Source: an uncultured bacterium
Lineage (GTDB): Bacteria; Patescibacteriota; Saccharimonadia; Saccharimonadales; 2-12-FULL-41-12
Assembly (NCBI GenBank): GCA_963834265.1
Contig: CAWIAU010000003.1
Coordinates: 76,475 to 140,474, forward strand
Length of the DNA stretch: 64,000 bases
Direction of reading: 5' to 3'
In this document: in pieces, positions 20,183 through 28,054 of the stretch
Layout: every line of letters begins with the position of its first letter
How positions within the stretch are numbered: position 1 is the first letter of the stretch
Position numbers and translations under genes: made by a program
The notes under the pieces: model-generated
What the model was told of the DNA's origin: nothing
The model's input: only the letters and a program-made list of their open reading frames with translations
The model's database searches: none

Positions 20183-21265
20183 ATGCCATCAGACATACCA
20201 ACCCCAGAAGTAATAGCTTTCGCAAGTCGCCAGGATTTTTTAAGTCTTCCTGACGTTATCCCGCATCCCTATATTGCCGGCGGAGTAGCTACAGTAACCG
20301 CTGTGGGAATATGGGCTGGTATGGAAATACACAAACGAAGTATAGAGAAGAACACTCCTCCGGTATTTCCCGGCGCAGCTGCCCTGGAAGAAGCCATAGA
20401 GCAAACCCGCGGTGATGTACCCGGCCGAAACGTAAAACATCGTTACCAACGCCTGTCACCACTTATCTGGACAACTATTGGTTTGGGTATTGCCGGAACC
20501 GGCTACGCCAGCGGCGCAGAAAAAGTGAACGAAAACTCCAGCCGCAATGCTCAGATCGTTGGAGTAGTAGATGCCTCAACAACAATGGACAGGACCAAAG
20601 ATATCGAGGGCAAAACACGGTTCCAGGCTGTTATGGATGCTATTCGTGGCAACGATGACTACAGAGGACGCGCATCAATTATAGAATTTGCCAGGCAGCC
20701 AAACACCCGCGTGGCTATGAGCTCTGACTGGCGCGATAACATTGGCGACACCGGCAAGCCGGAAGTTGATACTAACGGAGGTGATTTAGCGGGAGCTATG
20801 GAAATAGCATTGCAGCAACTCCCTGTCACAAGAAAGCCGGGTGAAGCGACTATACGCAGAGGTGCAGTCATGATCGTAAGTGACGGTACTATATCAAGCA
20901 CCCCAGGTGAAATGTCAATCATAGTGAGTGATCCTGCTAACAAAAATGTCAAATTCCGGGTTATAGTGCCCGGCACCGATGGTGGAACTTATACTCTTCC
21001 CGGTACAGCACCCGAGAAATCCGGGGTTAAGCCCCAGACTTTTGAAGGTTTTGGCGCAAAGAAAGTTGCTAAAGCCGATACTGAAAATGAGTTACGTGAT
21101 GCTGTCCGCAGCGCTATGCGCGAAGCAGGCACTACCCGGGAAGTCGAAAGCTGGAAACCACCTCTTGTATGGGGCCTCGGTATAGCAGCTATCGGATTTG
21201 CCAGAATTGTCAGACGATCATTAACTAATACGAACCAGGGATATCAGAGAAAGCAAGGAAATTAA
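20183..21265 (+). CDS. membrane protein with a von Willebrand factor A (VWA) domain, BatA-like
   Basis: 360 aa. Two N-terminal TM helices and one C-terminal TM helix. MIDAS-like VVDASTTMD, and later a SDGT segment typical of the VWA fold. Confidence 0.6.
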   Translation: MPSDIPTPEVIAFASRQDFLSLPDVIPHPYIAGGVATVTAVGIWAGMEIHKRSIEKNTPPVFPGAAALEEAIEQTRGDVPGRNVKHRYQRLSPLIWTTIGLGIAGTGYASGAEKVNENSSRNAQIVGVVDASTTMDRTKDIEGKTRFQAVMDAIRGNDDYRGRASIIEFARQPNTRVAMSSDWRDNIGDTGKPEVDTNGGDLAGAMEIALQQLPVTRKPGEATIRRGAVMIVSDGTISSTPGEMSIIVSDPANKNVKFRVIVPGTDGGTYTLPGTAPEKSGVKPQTFEGFGAKKVAKADTENELRDAVRSAMREAGTTREVESWKPPLVWGLGIAAIGFARIVRRSLTNTNQGYQRKQGN

Positions 21266-21275
21266 GGAGATTATT

Positions 21276-22343
21276 ATGAGTACACAACCAGAACAACAAT
21301 TTGCAGCACCAGAAGTAAGCAGAGATGTAGCCAAATGGGCTACTGATAAATTAGATGTTGTATTTGCTGAAGTTAGCAATTACGCCCATATTCAGGAGGG
21401 ACATTTGTTGCCGGTAATCGGCGCGGTAGCTGTTCAGAAACCAATGCTCGAAGAAGCCGGCCCGGGATCGGGTAAGACTAACTTTATGAATGTTCTTGCC
21501 GCTACTATCTATGATTCTAAGACCGGAAAAGGTGTTTCGGTAGGTGAAATTGAAGGAAATGCCGACATGACCCCAAGCGATATCGTTGGCGTACGCATGC
21601 TTGACAGGACTACAGGACAGTTCCAGCTTAAGGAAAGTCCATTAATGAATCAAGTGGTTAAAGTTGATGAGATCAGCCGCGCTTCTGTACGTGCCCAGGC
21701 TGCCTTTATGAAAGCCCTTGTTTCTCATAGTATTACACCGAACGGATCTACAGAAACTTACCAACTACCAAAAGCACAAATAGTAATGGCGGCACAAAAC
21801 GCGACAGATCCGGAGCAGGGAACTAATCCGCTTACCCAAGCCCTTCTTGACCGCTTCTTCGTCAGTATTCAGCCTCAGCCTTATGGGGACAGGGACTATA
21901 ACGCAATTGCTAAGATACGAGAAAGAACAGGCGAAATAGATAATCCTGAAAGCCTGGTTGACTATATGGTAACTCCGGATGAACTAGTGTATCTGGCGAA
22001 TGTAATCAGAGGATTTCGTTTGACTCCGGATGCCACGCAGCATACCCGTGAAATCATCTACGCTTTGCGTGATTCCGACGATGTTAATGGCGCCGAAAGC
22101 AACCTGAACTTCCAGCGCCCGATAGATGCCGTGCACGCCCTGGCTAAAGTCGCAGCCTTGTTGGACGGAGCTTATAAGGTAGGCAGGGGACACGTTGACC
22201 TGGCTGCTGCTCACACCTTGCGTCACAGAGTAGTGCTATCTGATAATGCTATCTACGACGCTAAGTTGAAACCCGAAGACGTTATCGCAGATGCAATTGC
22301 GTCAACTCCTAAGCAATTTGTTCCCAGAAAAGTCGCGAACTAA
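21276..22343 (+). CDS. MoxR-family AAA+ ATPase
   Basis: 355 aa. Walker A GPGSGKT, Walker B VVKVDEISR, and a MoxR-like LLDRF segment. AAGGAG Shine-Dalgarno upstream. Confidence 0.8.
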   Translation: MSTQPEQQFAAPEVSRDVAKWATDKLDVVFAEVSNYAHIQEGHLLPVIGAVAVQKPMLEEAGPGSGKTNFMNVLAATIYDSKTGKGVSVGEIEGNADMTPSDIVGVRMLDRTTGQFQLKESPLMNQVVKVDEISRASVRAQAAFMKALVSHSITPNGSTETYQLPKAQIVMAAQNATDPEQGTNPLTQALLDRFFVSIQPQPYGDRDYNAIAKIRERTGEIDNPESLVDYMVTPDELVYLANVIRGFRLTPDATQHTREIIYALRDSDDVNGAESNLNFQRPIDAVHALAKVAALLDGAYKVGRGHVDLAAAHTLRHRVVLSDNAIYDAKLKPEDVIADAIASTPKQFVPRKVAN

Positions 22344-22364
22344 TAAGGTTCAGAGGGCATCACT

Positions 22365-23345
22365 ATGTCTGCAGAAGCACCGCAACTATCCTATGAACCG
22401 CTCATTGATCCTGAGCATCCTGTTGCCAGCATGGAACAGATACGCCGGCTGGTATTTACACTGCCTGCGCGTGAATTAGCAGGTATTCGGGGCGGCGACA
22501 ACGTTACCCGCCGATCAGGTCATGGACTGGAAAAAGATGGTATCCGTGACTACGAAATCGGAGATGATCCGCAGCATATAGATTGGAAAAAAACAGCCGT
22601 TCATCCCGATGAAAAACTTCAGTTACGGGAGCGATTCCGGGAAATCACACCAAAGGTGTGGATCGTCAGTGACGCCCCGCAGGAACGCAATGACTATGAT
22701 ATTAAATGGGGCTTTTCACAACAGGAACTCGCCAATTCAGCGGTAATGGCTGCAGGGTATATGTTTAGCAGACAGGGGCTTCCCGTAGCGTACTTAGGAA
22801 TAAATGATCACGATATCCGCCAGAGTTCTCTCCGTCCAAGCCGCAACAGTACTAACATGCTGGCTATCGGAAGAACGATGATAGATCTGAGCCGGGACAG
22901 AATCGATGAGCCAACAAGTGAGCCCAGAAACTTATCAGACGGGATAAAAAGGGTTGCCCGACTCGCAACCCGGAACATAGTTGTAGTAGTATCGGATTTT
23001 CGTGCTGAAAAACCTGAAAGTGGAAAGTCAGAATTAGAAGCTTCTATAGCTAAGCTGGCACACAAGAAAAATGAAATTATTGCGCTAGAGATCAACAGCC
23101 CATGGCATAGAGAACTGCCAAAAGGCCGTGAAGATGAGTCAGGCGGCAAAGGACGCGCCATATGGACAGGCGGAAAAAAAGCTCCCCGCATACGAGAAGC
23201 TTACGCGGCTATTGAAGACAGGAACCAGGCTCAGATTGACAGAATGATGCAAAAGTACGGATCACGTCACATCAGGCTTTCAACAGAGGACGGAATGTGG
23301 TTTACCGGTATGAGGCGTGAGCTTCGTAAGTCCGGCAGGAGATAA
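22365..23345 (+). CDS. DUF58 domain-containing protein
   Basis: 326 aa. RDYEIGDDPQHIDWKKTA matches the DUF58 signature (R.Y..GD....IDWK). Confidence 0.8.
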   Translation: MSAEAPQLSYEPLIDPEHPVASMEQIRRLVFTLPARELAGIRGGDNVTRRSGHGLEKDGIRDYEIGDDPQHIDWKKTAVHPDEKLQLRERFREITPKVWIVSDAPQERNDYDIKWGFSQQELANSAVMAAGYMFSRQGLPVAYLGINDHDIRQSSLRPSRNSTNMLAIGRTMIDLSRDRIDEPTSEPRNLSDGIKRVARLATRNIVVVVSDFRAEKPESGKSELEASIAKLAHKKNEIIALEINSPWHRELPKGREDESGGKGRAIWTGGKKAPRIREAYAAIEDRNQAQIDRMMQKYGSRHIRLSTEDGMWFTGMRRELRKSGRR

Positions 23346-23369
23346 GCACAATAAGTATAAAGAATAGAC

Positions 23370-23398
23370 TTGACAATATAACAATAGTTTGATATGAT
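23370..23398 (+). promoter_or_regulatory. sigma-70-type promoter (TTGACA-N17-TATGAT)
   Basis: TTGACA at 23370-23375, a 17-nt spacer, and TATGAT at 23393-23398. An AAGAGGAG Shine-Dalgarno precedes ATG 23448. Confidence 0.55.
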
Positions 23399-23447
23399 AG
23401 TAGAGATTAAAGAGACAATATAGGTTTTTAGAGAGTTTAAGAGGAGA

Positions 23448-25079
23448 ATGATTATGACACCACAAGGTCCAGAAGCAATAGTAATACAACCGCCGGAAGC
23501 CGGCCGTATTGCAGGAATGTTAGAAAGTGCACGAAGTACAGCGTCTCATATGGTAGAAGTTGCGCATGAACGTTGGCGTACAGTAGCTACAGTTGCTGCT
23601 GTCGGTAGCGCCACAGTTGCCCTGGCATTGGGCGGTGGTGGCAATAAGCTGAATCTTAGTGCAGAGCCTGCCGGAGCGCAAACAGCTCCTTCAGCAGAAG
23701 CCTGCGCTCAGCCGGTCAATCTTGCCGATCGCCGGGCTGACACTATTTTTGGTGCTCGCAACGGTGTATTTGGCATACTGCAGCGCAATGGCAAAAGATT
23801 TGCCAAGGATCCAGCAGTTAAAGAGATGCGTACACAGGTTGCGCATGACCAGAATGTTGCCGGTCTTATGATAGAAATCAGCGACCTCCGTGACGGCGGC
23901 AAAGCTGCCGATACTTTAACCGAAGCAGGCATAAAAGAGCAGATTAATGCACTGGAAGCCAGCGGGCTGAACAGCCAGACAACTCTTCGCAAAGTTGCCG
24001 AGATCTGTAATGAGCTGGACTTTATTGTCCCGAGGGACGACATAGCCGTTACTGGCGGCGAGGCGGCGATCATCGGATTCAAGCGTAATGCGCAGGGTGT
24101 CCAAGATGTTGTTATAGAAGACGTCAAACAGAATCAGGTAATGACCGGTTATGGACTAGAAGATAACGTAGACACCGAGGGTATTACCCCAGATGCTGTT
24201 GCATTTATCAAAGAATTCGGCAGAAAAGTTTTTGTCATTGCCGGCAACAGAGGCGATAATAAAGGCGACAGCAGAATCTTAATCATGGGACTTAGCAAAG
24301 CCGCAAGCGGTGACAAAGATGCTGATTCTGAGACCAAAGCTTCCGGCGGCGGTTCTGCTAATGAGCGAGACGAGAAGAAAAAAGGTGAAGCCGAAGCTGA
24401 TAATCAGCAAGGTGAAACTCCAAAGGCCAACAAAGCCCCTGCCGGCGGTGGCACCGGCGGCCCGTTAGGTGCAAATGCTCCAACAGGTCCAACCGGTCCA
24501 TTAGGCCCCGGCAAAAAACCAGCCCCAGCTCCGGGCGTAGTTCCGGCGCAACCCAGAACCCCGCAAGGTCCTCCTGCTCCTGAAGGTCCGCAAGGTCCTC
24601 CTGCTCCTGAAGGTCCGCAAGGTCCTCCTGCTCCTGAAGGTCCGCAAGGTCCTCCTGCTCCTGAAGGTCCGCAAGGTCCTCCTGCTCCTGAAGGTCCGCA
24701 AGGTCCTCCTGCTCCTGAAGGTCCTGAAGAGCCTGAAGCTCCCGAAGAACCAGAAGAACCAGGTACTCCACCACCTCCGCCACCACCTCCGCCACCACCT
24801 CCGCCACCACCTCCGCCACCACCTCCGCCACCACCTCCGCCACCACCTCCGCCACCACCTCCGCCACCACCTCCGCCACCACCTCCGCCACCACCTCCGC
24901 CACCACCTCCGCCACCACCTCCGCCACCACCTCCGCCACCACCTCCGCCACCACCTCCGCCACCACCTCCGCCACCACCACCTAAAGGTGCTGAACCTAC
25001 TGCGCCTCCAAGCGACTACGCTCCGTCTGCGCGCTCGGCCAATACTTCACCCGGCACCGTAACTTACAACGTGCGATAG
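23448..25079 (+). CDS. signal-anchored secreted protein with (PQGPPAPEG)x6 and a 72-residue polyproline tract
   Basis: 543 aa. TM segment [20 protein letters not shown]. Globular middle region, a Lys/Glu/Gly-rich linker, two perfect tandem-repeat blocks, and a 31-aa C-terminal tail. Confidence 0.8.
   Translation: MIMTPQGPEAIVIQPPEAGRIAGMLESARSTASHMVEVAHERWRTVATVAAVGSATVALALGGGGNKLNLSAEPAGAQTAPSAEACAQPVNLADRRADTIFGARNGVFGILQRNGKRFAKDPAVKEMRTQVAHDQNVAGLMIEISDLRDGGKAADTLTEAGIKEQINALEASGLNSQTTLRKVAEICNELDFIVPRDDIAVTGGEAAIIGFKRNAQGVQDVVIEDVKQNQVMTGYGLEDNVDTEGITPDAVAFIKEFGRKVFVIAGNRGDNKGDSRILIMGLSKAASGDKDADSETKASGGGSANERDEKKKGEAEADNQQGETPKANKAPAGGGTGGPLGANAPTGPTGPLGPGKKPAPAPGVVPAQPRTPQGPPAPEGPQGPPAPEGPQGPPAPEGPQGPPAPEGPQGPPAPEGPQGPPAPEGPEEPEAPEEPEEPGTPPPPPPPPPPPPPPPPPPPPPPPPPPPPPPPPPPPPPPPPPPPPPPPPPPPPPPPPPPPPPPPPPPPPPPPPKGAEPTAPPSDYAPSARSANTSPGTVTYNVR
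24561..24722 (+). repeat. perfect 27-nt tandem repeat x6 (CCGCAAGGTCCTCCTGCTCCTGAAGGT)
   Basis: Counted directly. Six identical units, in frame, encoding PQGPPAPEG. Confidence 0.95.
24768..24983 (+). repeat. 12-nt tandem repeat (CCACCACCTCCG) x17 perfect plus 1 variant unit
   Basis: Counted directly. 216 nt gives 72 consecutive proline codons in a strict CCA-CCA-CCT-CCG order. Confidence 0.95.
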
Positions 25080-25105
25080 GAAAGGTAATATAAAGGAACC
25101 TCACA

Positions 25106-25990
25106 ATGCGTAAACTAACCACCATAAAGAAAACCCTCACCACGTTAGCAATATTGCTGACCGGAGCCATCACCCTCACCACGGCCGTAGCATCAGCTAT
25201 ACCGTATGACGGACCCAACACCCCCAACTCGCCCGTACCGGCCTTTAACGTCTATACCGGCGTACCGTCTGTCGGCACCGAGTCTGACTTCCTCCGTGCC
25301 CGTGTCCCTACCGCTCCCAGCGGTGACACAGCCACTCCCTATGTTGATCCCCTGAACGCCACCTGTGTGGCCGGACAGCGCATCCAGATGCGTGTCTACG
25401 TACACAACGGTGCTTCAGTTGCCGGCAACCAGAACGGTTCCGGTCCCAGCGTAGCTCATGGTACGAAAGTTAAAGTAACTGTTCCCGGCAACGAAGCCAC
25501 CAGCTTCAGTCCCAACGCTACTATCAGCTCAACCAATGCCGCAGCCGTCACCGACGCTGTATCAATCCGTTGTTCCAACACCAGTAATGTCAAGCTGTCC
25601 TACGTTCCCGGCTCTGCCTCTCAGTACAGCATCGGCAGCGGTGTCGTAGCCCTGGGTGACGAAATCGTCAGCAGCGGTTCACCGATCCGCAGCCGTACTG
25701 TTCCAGGTGATGTATGGGGCTGCTGGGATGACCGTGTCTACGTAATCCTGACAGTTCAGGTTGAACAGAAGACAACCCCTCCTCCGCCTGTTACTCCACC
25801 ATCAGTAACACCACCAACTCCGACTCCTCCAGCGCCTACACCTCCTGCAACCCCTCCGAAAGTTCCTGATGTGCCTGTACCTCCGAGCCTGCCGAACACC
25901 GGTGCCGGTGCAGTCATTGCCACCTTCTTCGGAGTCAGCAGCCTTGGTAGCGGTGCTTACTACATCGTGCGGCGCAAGCTCGGACTTTAG
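25106..25990 (+). CDS. LPXTG cell-wall-anchored surface protein (intact copy)
   Basis: 294 aa. Signal peptide (TLAILLTGAITLTTAVASA), a beta-rich domain, and a Pro/Thr linker. The C-terminal LPNTG + hydrophobic stretch + RRKLGL is a canonical sortase sorting signal. Confidence 0.85.
   Translation: MRKLTTIKKTLTTLAILLTGAITLTTAVASAIPYDGPNTPNSPVPAFNVYTGVPSVGTESDFLRARVPTAPSGDTATPYVDPLNATCVAGQRIQMRVYVHNGASVAGNQNGSGPSVAHGTKVKVTVPGNEATSFSPNATISSTNAAAVTDAVSIRCSNTSNVKLSYVPGSASQYSIGSGVVALGDEIVSSGSPIRSRTVPGDVWGCWDDRVYVILTVQVEQKTTPPPPVTPPSVTPPTPTPPAPTPPATPPKVPDVPVPPSLPNTGAGAVIATFFGVSSLGSGAYYIVRRKLGL
25121..25990 (+). repeat. direct repeat copy 2 (870 bp), partner at 18990..19858
   Basis: See copy 1. The offset is 6131-6132 bp. 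Confidence 0.9.
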
Positions 25991-26123
25991 TAAAGCTCAA
26001 AAGTAGGGTGTGGAAAACTGTCTGGCCAGAAGTGCAAAAATGTGCTACTATGCAGTCAGTTCCTGAACGAGCATCGTGACTGACCGCTCCCTAAGTAAAT
26101 AAAAATATAAAACAAACTAAGAG

Positions 26124-26153
26124 CCCCTGACGAGGTGGTCAGGGGTTCTTTTT
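26124..26153 (+). terminator. rho-independent terminator
   Basis: CCCCTGAC stem, GAGGTG loop, GTCAGGGG, followed by TTCTTTTT. Confidence 0.8.
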
Positions 26154-26339
26154 GTATCTGTACAGGAGACATAATTTATGATTGTACCTCTGTTATGATA
26201 CAATTTATCAGTTGCAATAAAGTTTGAATAAATGACCTCATTGGTTGAGCTGTCCGGGGCACCCCGACTTGTCGGAACAATCGGAGTTCGATCTTTAAAA
26301 AGTCACAAAGCACTGGAGAGTATTATTAATTCTTCCGGC

Positions 26340-26414
26340 GGTCCCGTCGTCTAACGGTCAGGACACCAGGTTTTCATCCTGGCAATAGGGGTTCGATTCC
26401 CCTCGGGATCACCA
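26340..26414 (+). tRNA. tRNA-Glu (anticodon TTC), CCA encoded
   Basis: Folded by hand. Acceptor GGTCCCG/CGGGATC (one G-U pair), anticodon stem CCAGG/CCTGG with loop TTTTCAT, T-arm AGGGG-TTCGATT-CCCCT, then A-CCA. Confidence 0.9.
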
Positions 26415-26585
26415 GAAGAGTTAATAATTTTTTAACAGGACACTCCGGCTTGTCGGAACAATCGTAGTTCGATTCTCGCGACAAGGTCACCAAAAAGAAA
26501 TCATCCGATACAATGGTCTTTTTTATGCAAAGTATCGAATAGTTTACTTGCCTCCAAGAAGCATAACCGGTTACACTAAGAAGTA

Positions 26586-28019
26586 ATGAGTCCTACTGAT
26601 AAAGTGCCGAACGTACCACTAAAATCGTTTAAACGAACAAAAATCATCGCTACAGTCGGGCCGTCTACAAATTCGTATACAGCAATCAATGATCTGATCA
26701 AAGCCGGCGCCAACGGCCTGCGGTTTAACTTCAGCCATGGCAAAAATGAAGAGCGGGATATCCAGCTGGCATGGATACGCAGGGCGGCGAAAGTTCAGGG
26801 TAAGCCGGTAGCGATTATTCAGGATTTGCAGGGACCGAAAATTCGTCTGGGAGACTTCGATGGCATCGTCAATGTAGCTACTGGTCAGAATCTGACATTT
26901 GCATACAAGGCGGACTATGAACGTTCCGGCCACTTACCGACGCAATACGATCTGAGCAAGAAGATGAAGCGGGGCGAACGGTTGTATTTGTTTGACGGTA
27001 AAGTACAGGCCACGGTCACAAGTGTTAAAGATGGTATGGTGCATGCCCGGGCAGACAATGCCGGCATACTGATCAAGCGCAAAGGGATCAATGTGCCTGA
27101 TACTGATTTCGAGGGCGATATTATCACCACAAAAGATAAGAAAGATATGGCTTATGGGTCTACCCGGGATATAGACTATGTTGCACTCAGCTTCATCCAG
27201 ACAGCCAAAGATGTGCGTTCTCTGCGCAGAATGCTAAAAAATCTGGGAAGCACTGCCAAAATTATTGCTAAGATCGAGACGAAGAGCGCTTGTGATAATC
27301 TGGAAGAAATTGTAGCCGAAGCCGATGTTATCATGGTAGCTCGTGGTGACCTGGCTATAGAAACATTACCGGAAGTTGTGCCTATCGTGCAGCGTCAGAC
27401 CATCGAGCTGGGCATGAAATACGCCAAACCAACCATTGTAGCCACTCAGATGCTGGCCAGTATGACAGAAATGCCCGAACCAACGCGTGCGGAAGTATCG
27501 GATGTTGCTACGGCAGTATTGCTGGGCGCTGACGCGGTGATGCTGAGCGAAGAAACGGCGAGCGGAAAATATCCGGTCGCGGCCGTCAGAATAATGAAGC
27601 GGATTGTTAATTATACTCAGAAACATGCCCTGGATAAGCCGGCAATAGTAAGAGTCGATGAAATCCTGAATACGACCCGGGCCATCGCGGTAGCAATCAT
27701 CGAGCTGGCGGGCGCGATCAAAGCCATTGCTATAGTCTCCGAAACTAAATCAGGCGCTACTGCTCTTCAGGTTGCTGCCAGGCGTCCCGATGTACCGATC
27801 ATCGCGGTGACTTCTCAGACACGGGTAGCTCAACAACTGGCCATTGTATACGGCACCAAGAGCTATGTCCGGCCTGATGATCAGATGCAGGCTACCAAGC
27901 TGACTAATTGGATGCATCGCAACAAAGTCCTTACACAAGGCGATATCGTGGTGACGGCTTCCGGTCAGCATCCCGGCGTAGTCGGCACCACAGACACCAT
28001 AAAAGTAAGAGTTCTTTAA
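26586..28019 (+). CDS. pyk: pyruvate kinase
   Basis: 477 aa. Motifs FNFSHG, MVARGDLAIE and ATQMLASM. Confidence 0.9.
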   Translation: MSPTDKVPNVPLKSFKRTKIIATVGPSTNSYTAINDLIKAGANGLRFNFSHGKNEERDIQLAWIRRAAKVQGKPVAIIQDLQGPKIRLGDFDGIVNVATGQNLTFAYKADYERSGHLPTQYDLSKKMKRGERLYLFDGKVQATVTSVKDGMVHARADNAGILIKRKGINVPDTDFEGDIITTKDKKDMAYGSTRDIDYVALSFIQTAKDVRSLRRMLKNLGSTAKIIAKIETKSACDNLEEIVAEADVIMVARGDLAIETLPEVVPIVQRQTIELGMKYAKPTIVATQMLASMTEMPEPTRAEVSDVATAVLLGADAVMLSEETASGKYPVAAVRIMKRIVNYTQKHALDKPAIVRVDEILNTTRAIAVAIIELAGAIKAIAIVSETKSGATALQVAARRPDVPIIAVTSQTRVAQQLAIVYGTKSYVRPDDQMQATKLTNWMHRNKVLTQGDIVVTASGQHPGVVGTTDTIKVRVL

Positions 28020-28054
28020 ATAAATAATTTATGAAAAAACTGAAAAGGTAATTT

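Noticed and set aside
24358-24981. 207-aa minus-strand ORF encoding (VVAE)n and (LADLQEQED)n, together with the 66-aa ORF at 24501..24701
   Set aside because: These are antisense read-through of the perfect 12-nt and 27-nt tandem repeats. The plus-strand gene has a promoter, a Shine-Dalgarno site, a TM anchor and a long non-repetitive domain.
24561-24983. Possible CRISPR array, given the many identical short direct repeats
   Set aside because: The repeats are contiguous with no spacers, the units are 27 and 12 nt, and they lie in frame inside a long CDS. No cas genes are present in the window.
17592-26500. Prophage or integrative element accounting for the island next to tRNA-Glu
   Set aside because: I could not recognise any integrase, recombinase, transposase, or phage structural or replication genes. 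The tRNA-fragment-like repeats are reported only as a possible scar.
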